The translations under genes and the position numbers were made by a program. 64,000 nucleotides of DNA from Eledone cirrhosa (Eukaryota): NCBI GenBank assembly GCA_964016885.1, contig OZ024752.1:21018001-21082000 (forward strand). Direction: 5' to 3'. Shown in pieces: positions 15,501 to 33,534 of this stretch (its first letter is position 1; each line of letters opens with the position of its first letter). The notes under the pieces are model-generated. The model was given only the letters and a program-made list of their open reading frames with translations, did no database searches and was not told where the DNA came from.

Positions 15501-16210
15501 TAATTATGTAGTCACTGTCGGTTAGTTGTGAGGTAGTGAGCATTAGCGACTCATAGAATCTGTCTTTTATAACGCCAGGCAGTCCAGATTGGGGTGCATA
15601 AGCGGATATTATTGTCACAGTAGTTCTATTTAGAACTAGTCTTATTTTAATTATTCTGTCGTTCACTCTATTTGCGTCAATTATCTTATCTACCCACTTT
15701 TCTGCTAACATAATTCCTACTCCACCCAGCCCATTTTCATTTCCCACCCAGAAAAGTTTATAGCATCGTTTTTTACCCACAATGAATCTAGCAGACCCAC
15801 CCCTCCACCTAGTCTCTTGGACGCAACAAGCATCAACTTCCTTATGTTCAAGCGTCTCTACAACCTCGTTAGAGCGACCTTTTAAAGTGCCTATATTCAT
15901 GGTGCCAACTCTGAAGTTTTGGATTTCGTTTGGTGGGTGGAAGGGATGGGTTGGAGGTGTAGGGAGGGGTGAGGGAGATGGGGTTATGTTAGCCATCCGC
16001 GTCTGAAATAAAGAGGAATCCTTGCATTTTCGTCCGGCCACATGAGCTGAATTTATCTTTATCTTTGACATTGTCATTTGAGTGTCCAGAATTCTACAGT
16101 CCATCTAGCATATCAAAAGGCAACCAGGTCTAAACTTAAAGAATGATAGCCGAGGCGGTGGTTTTGTGAAAGAGATTGGTAAGAGAAACATATAAGCCGC
16201 TGAATTATGA
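12503..16210 (-). mobile_element. Near full-length RTE-clade LINE (APE-RT-PHD) with multiple frameshifts
   Basis: ORF 15157-16104 APE (GTMNIGTL, QETRW, SAYAPQ, GDLNGH); RT pieces 13599-14812; 3' UTR and (GAT)n tail. Confidence 0.93.
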
Positions 16211-16221
16211 TTGGACCATCT

Positions 16222-16410
16222 AATAATTGTTTCTACTTTAGGCACAAGGCCAGCAATTACCCAGTGCATTACTGGTACTTTATTTTATCGACCCCGTAAG
16301 GATGAAAGGCAAAGTCAACCTCGGCGGGATTTGAGCTCAGATCGTAAAGGGACGTAACTATGCTTGAAAGCATGGCGTCCGACCCTCTACCGATACTGCC
16401 AATCCACCGC
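16222..16410 (-). mobile_element. tRNA-derived SINE (same family as 7873)
   Basis: Reverse complement matches 7873-8062 including the A and B boxes. Confidence 0.85.
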
Positions 16411-16700
16411 CCTTGGACCATCCAATAATGGTGGCGAGTGGGGGAGGAGGAGGGGGATATGGAGAAGTTAACGAGAAGGTTATTTTTATAATCTAAACCT
16501 ACAAATTCAACCATAATTTAAATGAAGGTATAACTAATCAGTTTTAAATACGAGAAGGTTATTAAACGAACGTATAACAGTAATCAGAGTTTAAATACAA
16601 GAAGATTGTTTTTGAGGGTCTGACAGATTTATCGAATAAAATTGAAAAGAGTGGATACTAAGTGAATGGACCGAGTAAAACATGAAGAAAGAAGAGACAA

Positions 16701-16755
<55 letters not shown>

Positions 16756-16756
16756 A

Positions 16757-17893
16757 ATGCGTCCCCTGAAATCAGCGCCCTAGGTGGCTGCCTAGTTTGC
16801 CTATATGGTAGTGTCAGCCCTGAATGTACAGAATAAGAATAAGAATGTAGAGAATAAAGGAATAAAAGAATATACATATTTAGTAGGCAGAACTTCACCA
16901 GCTGTTTTAACTTTCGTTTCTACATAGGTTAGGTTCTTTTCTATAGATATTTTCATAAGTAAATAAATACTTTTACGTCTACAGAACAATTAAACTAATG
17001 TAATGGTACGTGATGGGGGCCACCCACAGCCCCGGCGGACAGAATGGAGAAGGCGTTTCCCCTGAGGACGGCAAGGGAGACGCGCTGGAAAATCCACTCC
17101 AACTCGCGGGGCTCACCACTACGGCTGGCCAGCTCAGCGCCTATGGTGGTGAGTAAGGAGGTAGCCCTGGGGCCGAGGACACCAGAAGTTTCCACTGCCA
17201 GGGGAACGACCGCAAACCTGTAGGAGAGCGACCGGTATTTGAGGAGTTTGGCCCCCTCAGCCCGATGTGCAGCAGAACCTGGGTCAGTCGCAGCCTGTAC
17301 CAGGTTGCGGCTGCAGAAAGTGTTGGTGCAAGTGGCATCCCAGACGAGGGGTTTGCCACCGCGGAACGGGAAGATGGTCATGCCATCTGGCCTTTTGCCG
17401 TCCCCTCGATCCAGCCCCACCGGCTCGAGCTGGGAAGGGAAGCCTGCAGCGTCCAAGCCATGCTTAATGACCTCGTTGAGGGCAGTATGGCGTGGAATGC
17501 GGCCGGCACTGTAGCGACAGGAAAGCAGGTGGAGGCCGAAAGAGTCCACGGTGGAACCGCAGCGACATTGGTGTGGCTGGCAGATCCGAAGGCCGAGCCT
17601 CAGGGAAACGCCGATTCGCAGGCTATGGTTGTCTAGCTGCGTGCCAGTAGAGAAGGAGAGCAGAGCATGGAGCCAGGCACCACTGTCGGGTTTGGAGGCC
17701 GCACGAAAACAAGCAAGGCGGTGCTGGTCGAGCTGGCGCGTGAGCCTGTCTGAGGCCAGGCTGCACTGGATGGCATCCCAAGTGCGTTGAGGGAACTTGA
17801 CATCAACAGGGGGAGAAGGAGGAGGGACGTCTACTGGGCTAAGTCCCACGTCTCACAGGCGGCCTCACGTTCTCTGAACACAGAGGGTTCTGT
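16757..17893 (-). mobile_element. CRE-like non-LTR element 3' portion with CCHC finger and restriction-like endonuclease
   Basis: ORF 16995-17849: CRCG..H.LSC, RH, KRPDG, LVWDATC, E..K..KY, PLAVETSG; GC-rich; 3' end abuts (TC)n(TA)n. Confidence 0.82.
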
Positions 17894-17924
17894 TGTATGT
17901 ATATATATGTATATATATGTATAT

Positions 17925-19100
17925 ACAAAGTGAAAACTTTGTACAGAGGTGCAGTCAGTAAAGTCAGGGTAGGAATGGAGTTTAGTGAGGAATTCCAGAT
18001 ACAAATAGGAGTACATCAAGGTTCGATCTTCAGCCCGCTTTTGTTCATTATAGTCCTCCAAGCTATAAAAGAGGAGTTTAAGACTGGCTATCCATGGGAA
18101 CTTCTCTATGCTGACGATCTGGTTCTTATAGCAGAATCAGTAGAGGAGTTAGAGAATAAATTATGGCTATGGAAACAGCAGTTGGAAGCAAGAGGAGTGA
18201 GAGTGAACCTAGCTAAGACAAAAGTGTTGATGAGTAGAAAAGAGGACAAAACTCTGATTCCGTCGGGGAAATGGTCATGTTCGATATGCAGAAAAGGAAC
18301 TGGCATAAATTCTATAAAATGCACACAATGCAGATCCTGGGTACACAAGAGATGTAGTGGGATAACAGGCAAACTAACAGGTAGGGAGAAATATGTATGC
18401 AGTAGATGTACAGGGAAATTAGACAGTAGAAGTCGCATTGATAGACACATTTTTTAAATGCAGGCGGGTGCTATAGAAGTGGTGGATAGCTTCCGGTACC
18501 TAGGAGATCAGATTAGCATGGGAGGGGGGCTGTTCTGAGGCCATAGTATCTAGAATAAGGACGGGTTGGAAGAAGTTTAGGGAGCTGCTTCCTCTGCTGA
18601 CGAAGAAGGGTTTCTCCCTGCATACGAAAGGTCAGTTATATGACGCCTGTGTGAGGAGCGCGATGCTGCATGGTAGTGAGACATGGGCAGCAACTGCAGA
18701 GGATATGGGACGGCTGGAGAGAAATAAGGCAAGCATGCTCCATTGGATGTACGATGTCAATGTGCGTGAACGACCCAGTATGGATGTGTTGAGAGAGAAA
18801 CTGTGTCTGAGAGGGATAGAACGTAGTGTGCGAGAGAGGAGACTGCGGTGGTATGGACATGTGATGTACATGGAGGATGACTGATGGGTGAAGAAGTGCC
18901 AGGAAATGCCAGTTGAAGGAAGATGTGGTAAGGTAGACCACAAAAAACATGGGCGGAGGTGGTGAGAACAGACCTCAGGTCACTGAAGCTCACGGTGGAG
19001 ATGACGAAGGACCGTGACAAGTGGAGAGATGCTGAGCTGAATAAGACCCGTCCCACCCTTGCAAGCAGGGAAAAGCGGTCGTAAAATGATGATGATGATG
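17925..19100 (+). mobile_element. RTE RT-PHD 3' fragment
   Basis: ORFs 17897-18457 (YADD, PHD) and 18651-18884; (GAT)n tail; close relative of 1601-2657. Confidence 0.92.
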
Positions 19101-19195
19101 ATAATATATATTTATGTATATGTATATATATATGTATATATATATGTATGTATATATATATATGTATATATATATATATGTATAATATATATATG

Positions 19196-19330
<135 letters not shown>

Positions 19331-19456
19331 CTATATATATTTATATATATATGTATATGTATATATATATGTGTATATATATATATATATGTGTGTGTAT
19401 ATATGTATATATATATATGTATTTATATATGGATATATATATATGTATATATATAT

Positions 19457-20695
19457 GTCATCATCATCATCATCATCATCATCGTTTAACGTCCATCTTC
19501 CACGCTAGCATGGGTTTAGACGGGAATTGTCCCACTTGATGCAAGATTGGTCGTCTCGCTCGTATAGGACTGTCTGGCAGGTTTTCTACAGTTGGATGCC
19601 CTTCCTAACACCAACCACATTTACAGTGTGGACTGGGAGGTGTTTACCGTGTTGCCTACACGGTCACATTACAGGGTGGACTATGTGTTTTTTTTTTCGT
19701 GACACCTACACGACCTCATTTATTTCGGACTGGATGTTGTGGTACCAACATAACTTTACATTGAAAGGGGTGGTGTGGTTGGGGTGGGGGTAGTGGGACG
19801 GGGTGAATTTTTGTTGGAGGTGCCTACTGACTGTAGGTTTCGCTTTGTACTTAGGCAAGGCGGGTCTTCTGTATTACTACGTAGCGCCAAAGATCTCGGT
19901 CCAGTGACCTTGTCTTGGAGAAGTGTGTGTGAGGTCGGAATAATCAAGTCGTCCCAGGTTTTTCTGGGTCTGCCTACTCCGTGGCTACCATCTATTTTTA
20001 TCGCTCTGCACTTTTTTATACAGCTGTTGTCTTTCATGCGCATCACGTGACCATACCAACGTAGTCTTCTCTCGAGTAAACAACATCTGATCCCTCTTAT
20101 TCCTAATTTCTCCCTTAGTTCATTTATGCTTTGCCGTTCACGTATATTACTATTACACATCCAGCGGAGCATGCAAACTTCGTTTCTCTCCAGTCTGCGT
20201 ATATCATCTGCACACAATGCCCAAGTCTCACTGCCATGTAACATTGCTGTTCGTATGCAGGCTTCATACAGCCTGCCTTTCATTTTTAGAGAGAACCCTT
20301 TAGCGGCCAATAGTGGTATAAGCTCTCTGAACTTTTTCCATCCCGTTCTGACTCTAGCTACTGTACTTTCAGAGCACCCTCCACCACTACTTATTTTGTC
20401 AGCCAGGTAACAGAAGGTGTATTCTTGCTGCTACTTATTGCACCAGAGCACCGGCCACATATAAAATCTATATTCTTAGTTAGCTTACCTGTGATCCCAC
20501 TACATCTTTTATGCACCCATACTTTGCATTTGGGACAGAAAATGGAGTTTCTGCCTACTCCTTTCCTACACACTGAGCATGGCCATTTCCCAGATGGGAC
20601 CGGTGCTCTATTTTCCTTCCTACAAACTAGAACTTTAGTCTTAGACTTTAGGAATAATTTTAAGGCCTTTTGATTCTAGGCCATGCTTCATGTTT
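19457..20695 (-). mobile_element. RTE RT-PHD 3' fragment
   Basis: ORFs 20391-20573 (PHD) and 19756-20310; 3' UTR similar to 12503-12870; (GAT)n tail. Confidence 0.9.
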
Positions 20696-20704
20696 CGAAT
20701 TTCT

Positions 20705-20838
<134 letters not shown>

Positions 20839-20864
20839 TGTATGTATGTATGTATGTATGTATG

Positions 20865-20943
<79 letters not shown>

Positions 20944-21082
20944 AGTGGGTGTAACTAGGAGTTACTGCAGGTTCACCCGGGTGAGCACTCGATGTTTAGG
21001 TTCACTTCTGTGATGATGTGTAGAGCTATACAGAGTGTAAAATATAGAAAGGATAAAAAGGACGATTGATTATTCCTTCATT

Positions 21083-21192
21083 GCATTTATTGATAGGTGA
21101 CGCGCGTTTCGCCACTGATCAGCTCAAAGTTCGATCTATATAGATCCTACCCGACTCAATAATCGGCAGCTCGACGGACCCTCTTAAAATGC
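21083..21192 (-). ncRNA. Hammerhead-like motif (core CCGUCGA)
   Basis: Reverse complement of the 25785-25894 motif. Confidence 0.6.
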
Positions 21193-24100
21193 TATAAGAA
21201 AATGAAATACATGCTATGTGGTAAAGTCAGAGATTCAAGAGTTTGACAAAATGAGATGTTTTGATTGGTGAGAAGGATCAAGGCGATGTACTGGTCTGTT
21301 GTGTATATGGGGGTGGGTGTGATGGTGAGATGTTGGTGACGGTCTGTGGATGAGGTGGGCTGTGGTGTGGTGGTAGTGGGTTGGCCTTGGCGTGTAGAGT
21401 ATGTGGGGGTGGATGTGATGATATGGTGGTGGTTAAGGTTATTTAGTGGGATGGGCTGTGGTATGAGGTTAGTAGATTGTCAGTAGACGGGTGGCGTGTT
21501 TGAGGGGGTGTGGTAGTGGTGCCTTTGTCTATGGTAGCGGCGTTTGTGGTGGTGTGGTGGATGTATTGGTGGCGTCATGTCCTTACATAGATACATAGTT
21601 AGACGCTTTTTGTCTGACAGATACGTATACGTACACACATATATGTATATATGTGCACATATATTGTTGTATAAACACACACAACATAAAACACATACGC
21701 ACATCCTTGCCCACACATATCGGCATACGCTCACACACAGCCATATGTATATGTACACACATGTATGTGCATGCGCGCATGCGGACACGAATATGGAGAA
21801 TGGGGGAGTATCGGTGGGGGTGGCGAACGACAGAGAAGGGGGGAGGTGAGAGGCGATGTAGAGGGTGTTTTACATATATACATACACATGGGTATGCGCA
21901 CATGGACTCACACTCATGTATGCAAGATATACACATACACACTCGCATACTCACACATATATATATATACATTATATATATATACACACTCATGTACCGA
22001 CAACACATATATACATGCACATATATGAGCTCACCTACACATACAGTCAGATTTACCCATATACATATATGCAGACGTACACATACACACACATACATAC
22101 ACATACATATATACACACACATACACATATGCATACACACACACATACATATATATACAGATATATATATATATATACACACATAGACATGTGCATACAC
22201 ATGTGTTCACATACACACACACACACATAGAGATAAATTTGCGTACACGCACGCACACTTAAAACGCCCGTATGAGTAAAATACTTACACACAGACACAC
22301 ACACTATTGTTGGTTGCGGAGTGGAGGTATGTTTTGTCGGTGTTGATGAAGTATGGAGTTGTGTCTTGTGGTGGTGGTGGTGGAGTTGTAAGGGACAAAA
22401 AATATATACCGGATCGAATACCGGTTAAAAGGTGACATAGGGAACGCGGGGGGAAAAGCCTTTATGGACGTACGGCGATGTGTGTTGTGGACATGGTGAT
22501 GGTGGTGGTGCTGGGGTGATATGTTCGGCAAGATGATTACATGATCAGAGGTTACGGTGTGTTATATGGTAGGCAGCAGGGGTGGGGGGTATATAATACA
22601 GTCGATTTGGGAGCGAGGGATGATATGTGTTGATGATGTTAATGATAATGATTGTTGAAGTATGTGGATGTATTTAGTGGTGGCGGTGGTTGTGTGCGTG
22701 GGGGATGAGGTTGTAGGCGTGTATAGTATGCACATGACGATGTGTGGTGTGGTGGTGGTGGTGGTGGCGATGGTGTGATATGATCGACATTGTATTTACA
22801 AAGTCCCTTGTCATTGTGGATTGCAAGGTAGAACGTATCATATGGTACCGATTTAATACGATGTTGCAACTATGAGGTGTGTATGTTGATGTGAATTTTG
22901 GTGGTGGTGATGGTGATGTGTGCGGCATGATATACAAATGGGGGCTTAGAGATGGTAACATGGAGTACAATACAATGAGTTCATTGAGGTGGGCGATGTT
23001 GAGACGGGGTATAGGTGGTTATTAATATGGTGTGTCATGGTTAGTGTGATTTTTGGTGTGGGTTATGTATGCGGCATGATTTACAAAATACGGGCTTACA
23101 TATGGTTAAATTCAATGAAATGAAATAAGATAAAGTGAAGTTAGATTAGAATTAAAGTTCGTTGAGATGGGCGATGGTGATACGGGGCAGGTGTGGTTAT
23201 TATTATGGTGGGTCATGGTTAGTGCGTGGTCTTCCCGCGAAAGTTTGTGCAGAAAAGGTGTGCATCCTAGTGTGTCTGCAATTGACAATTATGTCCGACC
23301 TATAGTTTATGGCGGAATCAAGTTTAATTATTTCCGCCGCCTCAGCTAGGCACAATCTGCAGTGGTTTCTGTCACTGGGGATGTATGCCACACGTCTTTT
23401 TACTGACCACGAGATCCGGAGTTCAATATTCCTGTCCTTGAGGTCCCAGATCAGATCGGCCAGTTTTGTTTGGGGTCGTTTCGATCTATGTTTGAAGGAG
23501 CCTCTGTGGTTATACCAGCGCTCCTTAAACGTAGTGGATGTCGCACCTATATATGAGTACTCCTTATTGCCGGCAGTGACATCGCACCGGTAAACAATAT
23601 TCTTAACGAGGCACTCCCCATTTAGTGGGCATTCGTCTCGTTTTTTGCAGTTGCATTTGGGAGTAACCGGTGCGGTGCAACGTTGGCGGTTGGTGTCGTG
23701 CGGTGTTGGTGTGGTGTGTGTGTTGTTGTGTTGTGTTGTGTGTGTGGTTTCGTTCTGGGTTGTGGTGGTGGTTTGTTGGGGGGAAACCATGTGTTTTCGT
23801 ATTTTTGCCCTATTATTGTGTGCTATTGTGTGGCCTAGGTTTGGTGCTGTGGAGAAAGAGAATTTTACTGTGTGTTTATTGAAGAGCTTGTGGTATTTGT
23901 GTGTGTGTGGAAAAGATTGTTCGAGGGCCCTGAAAAAGGTTCCCGGTATGTTAGTGGCGACGTGTATAGAATAGGGGGGGGGGGTTATACCACGTGACAA
24001 GTCTACTTCGGTTTATGCGTTGTTTAGTGAGTTTGTGTGTGTTTTGGTCAGGCGTGTGTTTCAAATAGGTTCCAGGTAATCTATTGGCGTTATGTTCCTT

Positions 24101-25324
24101 GTCTCTATTGGTACGCAAACGTGTGCGATAGTCGGAGTTGTTATTGGGGCTGGAGAGTATGGCTTTATCTCCTAGACAGTTATGTGTGGTGCTGTCTGCG
24201 CTGCCGGCTAGGGGGCGTCTAAGGTTATTGTGTGTCCTATGTGTGGAGGTTTCTTCTAAGTTCGTTTCTAAGGGTCCTGCTATGTTTAGCTGTGTTGCGG
24301 TTCTATTAGGGTCGATGTAAGAAATCTTCTCAGTATAACCAGCGTTTATAAGTGCGGAGTCATAGTATTCCGCGTGCTGCTTGAAGATGTTTTTGTTGGC
24401 CGACAGTGTGGACACTCTGTTGGAGACACTTTTAACTATAGAGTTAATTATGCTCTTAGGGTGGTTGGAGTGTCTATTGACGTATCTAAGATTTTCATTA
24501 GGTTTGTGGTATGGACGGTAGAGGCCTGAGTCTAATTCAAGGGTGACGTCTAAGAAGTTAACTGTCCTATTGTTGGGTTCAATTTCTACTGCTAAACCTT
24601 GGGTCTTAAAGATGTACCTAAGTCGTTTGTGTATTCTATTCAGTTGGCTGTTATTGAGTCCACGGGTTATTAGTAGGGCATCATCCCGGTATAAGCCACC
24701 GCCCAAGGAGGGGATCTCGTCCGTTAATATGTTTAGGAGGTATATGCCTACTACATCTGTAACCTGTGCCGAGTCAGTCGATCCCATGGTGATGTCGAAG
24801 CTATCTGGTCTATTCTGTCGTTCCCAATGTCTACCGTCGAATTCTAGTAAAGTTTTCCTAGCTGTTATTATTATGTCTACTTCTCTTCTAGTGAGGCTTG
24901 ATCTGTTCATGGCTGAGATCAGTGCCTTGTTAAGGATGATTGGGGATATAGATGCGTAGTAGTTCGTAATGTCCAATTGGACTAATCGAACATTCGACTT
25001 AGTTTCAATGGCACAAAACCAGTCTATTAACTCCTTCGTACAAGACCATAGGCTGAGTTTAGTTCTAATCTTAAGTTCAGGTAATATTCGGTCAATGATT
25101 GATTTGCTAAGTTTACCAAGGTCCGATTTGGAGGGGGCTATGAGCCTGACCGGTAGTTTTGACTGGAAGTCCGGTTTATATATCCAGTGGGTGTAACTAG
25201 GAGTTACTGCAGGTTCACCCGGGTGAGCACTCGATGTTTAGGTTCACTTCTGTGATGATGTGTAGAGCTATACAGAGTGTAAAATATAGAAAGGATAAAA
25301 AGGACGATTGAGTATTCCTTCATT

Positions 25325-25434
25325 GCATTTATTGATAGGTGACGCGCGTTTCGCCACTGATCAGCTCAAGGTTCGATCTATATCGATCCTACCCGACTCA
25401 ATAATCGGCAGCTCGACGGACCCTCTTAAAATGC
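25325..25434 (-). ncRNA. Hammerhead-like motif (core CCGUCGA)
   Basis: Direct repeat of 21083-21192. Confidence 0.6.
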
Positions 25435-25784
25435 TATAAGAAAATGAAATACATGCTATGTGGTAAAGTCAGAGTTTCAAGAGTTTGACAAAACTGACAA
25501 TCTACTAACCTCATACCACAGCCCATCCCACTAAATAACCTTAACCACCGCCATATCATCACATCCACCCCCACATACTCTACACGCCAAACCCAACCCA
25601 CCACCACCACACCACAGCCCACCTCATCCACAGACCGTCACCAACATCTCACCATCACACCCACCCCCATATACACTACAGGCCAGTACATCGCCTTGAT
25701 CCTTCTCACCAATAAAAACATCTCATTTTGTCAAACTCTTGAAACTCTGACTTTACCACATAGCATGTATTTCATTTTCTTATA

Positions 25785-25894
25785 GCATTTTAAGAGGGTC
25801 CGTCGAGCTGCCGATTATTGAGTCGGGTAGGATCGATATAGATCGAACCTTGAGCTGATCAGTGGCGAAACGCGCGTCACCTATCAATAAATGC
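25785..25894 (+). ncRNA. Hammerhead-like motif (core CCGUCGA, extended stem II)
   Basis: gggt-CCGTCGA-gctgccgatta..tgatcagtggc-GAA ACGCGCGT C-acct, with distal gcattt/aaatgc pairing. Confidence 0.6.
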
Positions 25895-25920
25895 AATGAA
25901 GGAATAATCAATCGTCCTTT

Positions 25921-26025
<105 letters not shown>

Positions 26026-26207
26026 GTGTATATATATATGTATATATATGTGTATATATATATATGTATGTATGTATATATATGTGTATATATATATATA
26101 TGTATATATGTATATATATGCATATGTATATATTGTATATATGTGTATATGTATATATGTATATATATATATATATGTATATATGTATATATATATATAT
26201 ATGTGTG

Positions 26208-26306
<99 letters not shown>

Positions 26307-26388
26307 GTGTATATATATACAGGAAAATATACAATCTACTGTAAAATTCATTCTTTGATATACTCATTGAATTTTGTTTAACTCTTCA

Positions 26389-26444
<56 letters not shown>

Positions 26445-26516
26445 GTATATATATGTATATATATATATTATTATTCAAAATATTAATAAATGAAGACGTT
26501 CACATAATTAAAATAT

Positions 26517-26586
26517 ATGTTTTATTATATAAATTTCGGAGGTACTGTACTGTTTTTTCAGTAAGACCTCGTCAGATAAAATACAT
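26517..26586 (-). ncRNA. Hammerhead ribozyme motif, left arm of an inverted pair
   Basis: Reverse complement ttttat-CTGACGA-gg..tactg..cagtac..cc-GAA ATTTATAT A-ataaaa. Confidence 0.72.
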
Positions 26587-26627
26587 GAATTGATGTATAA
26601 CATACCTCAACTGTCATACATACATTC

Positions 26628-26697
26628 ATGTATTTTATCTGACGAGGACGTACTGAAAAAATAGCACAGTACCTTCGAAATATATATAATAAAACAT
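26628..26697 (+). ncRNA. Hammerhead ribozyme motif, right arm of an inverted pair
   Basis: ttttat-CTGACGA-ggacgtactg..cagtaccttc-GAA ATATATAT A-ataaaa; same family as 12050. Confidence 0.78.
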
Positions 26698-26877
26698 ATA
26701 TTTTGTTTATGTGAATGTCTTCATTTATTAATATTCTGAATAATATTAATAACTCCAGAAAACTCACAGTAGAGTGCTTTTATTCTATTGTAAAACTATA
26801 TTCATTGAGTAATCAATGAACCATATTAATCTTTGGTTATATATATATGTGTATATATATATGTATATATATATATG

Positions 26878-26928
<51 letters not shown>

Positions 26929-27003
26929 GTATATATATATGTATATATATATATATGTATATATATGTATATATATGTATATATATATATGTATATATAT
27001 ATA

Positions 27004-27073
<70 letters not shown>

Positions 27074-27084
27074 TATATATATGC

Positions 27085-27131
<47 letters not shown>

Positions 27132-27211
27132 TATGTATGTATATATATATGTATATATATATATATGTATATGTATATATGTATATATGTATATATATAT
27201 ATATGTATATA

Positions 27212-27246
<35 letters not shown>

Positions 27247-27252
27247 GTATAT

Positions 27253-27301
<49 letters not shown>

Positions 27302-27388
27302 TATGTATATGTATATATGTATATATATGTGTTTCGTTTCTGAATTTGTTTAGCAAGATTCTTTATCTGAAATCGTGTGTTGAAACCG

Positions 27389-27562
27389 ATATTGTTATAC
27401 TTTGGGAGGGTCATGTTGCCAATAAGAAACACACGCACCATATGCTTTCACTTCAATTTATTATATATTTATAAATTTATAAATATATAATAAATTGAAG
27501 TGAAAGCAACTGGTTCGTGTGTTTCTTATTGGCAACATGACCCTCCCAAAGTATAACAATAT
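27389..27562. repeat. Near-perfect ~174-bp palindrome
   Basis: atattgttatactttgggagggtcatgttgccaataagaaacacacg.. mirrored by ..cgtgtgtttcttattggcaacatgaccctcccaaagtataacaatat, centred near 27475. Confidence 0.92.
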
Positions 27563-27571
27563 ATATATATG

Positions 27572-27635
<64 letters not shown>

Positions 27636-27716
27636 TATATATATGTATATATGTATATATATATGTATATGTATATATGTATGTATATATGTATATATGT
27701 ATGTATATACATATGT

Positions 27717-32575
<4,859 letters not shown>

Positions 32576-32718
32576 ATATATGTATATGTATATGTGTATA
32601 TATATATGTATATGTATATATGTATATATATATATATGAATATATATAGAAAAAAAGATGAAATCGAAAATGCAACTGGAGTCTTATTTTTTTAAATATA
32701 TATATATTTATTTGGTCC

Positions 32719-32755
32719 CTTTACCGGTTTTGCAGTTCTTCTGCTTTTCAAAAGT
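32719..32755 (-). ncRNA. Degenerate hammerhead motif (U3-A8 covariant, G12A)
   Basis: Reverse complement ctt-TTGAAAA-gcag aagaa ctgc-AAA ACCGGT A-aag. Confidence 0.5.
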
Positions 32756-32944
32756 AGAGTTGAGATGGTGGGTCTGTGGTTTTTCTCAAATATATTAATA
32801 TATATATATATAGAGATATTTATATATTTGTATATATATATGTATATTTATATATATGTATATATATATATAGATATTTATATATATATGTATATATATA
32901 TATATATATAGATATTTATATATATATATCTATATATATTTATA

Positions 32945-32975
<31 letters not shown>

Positions 32976-32989
32976 ATGTGTATATATAT

Positions 32990-33206
32990 AGGAACGATCG
33001 ACTTTCATCAAATCGGACTAAGGAAACAATGTTTCCGTTGGTCTTTTCAGTTGCTAACACTATCTATCGGTCGCAACTCCAGGTAGAAGGGTCAATGTGA
33101 AATAAAGTGTCTTGCTCAAGGACATAACACATAGTCCTGTCCAGGAATCGAACACACAGCCTCACGATTGTGAATCCAATTCTCTAACCACTCAGCCACA
33201 CGCCTA
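32990..33206 (-). mobile_element. tRNA-derived CORE-type SINE
   Basis: Reverse complement gtggctgagtggttag (A box), gttcgattcc (B box), tgtccttgagcaagacactt (CORE-like). Confidence 0.75.
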
Positions 33207-33368
33207 TATATATGTTTATACATATATTTATATATATATGTATATATATATATATAAATATATATATATATGTATGTATATATATGTATATATATATATG
33301 TATATATGTATATATGTATATATATATATGTGTATATATATGTGTGTATTTATATTTATATATATATG

Positions 33369-33400
<32 letters not shown>

Positions 33401-33534
33401 TATATATACATATAAACACATATATATAGTCTAACAAAGTTCTTTCGTTGCACATCTGCAACATCATCAGTGGTACTATGTTCCTCCCGTTGTATTCTAT
33501 ATCTATGCCATCTTTTCAAAAGATACAAACCAAG

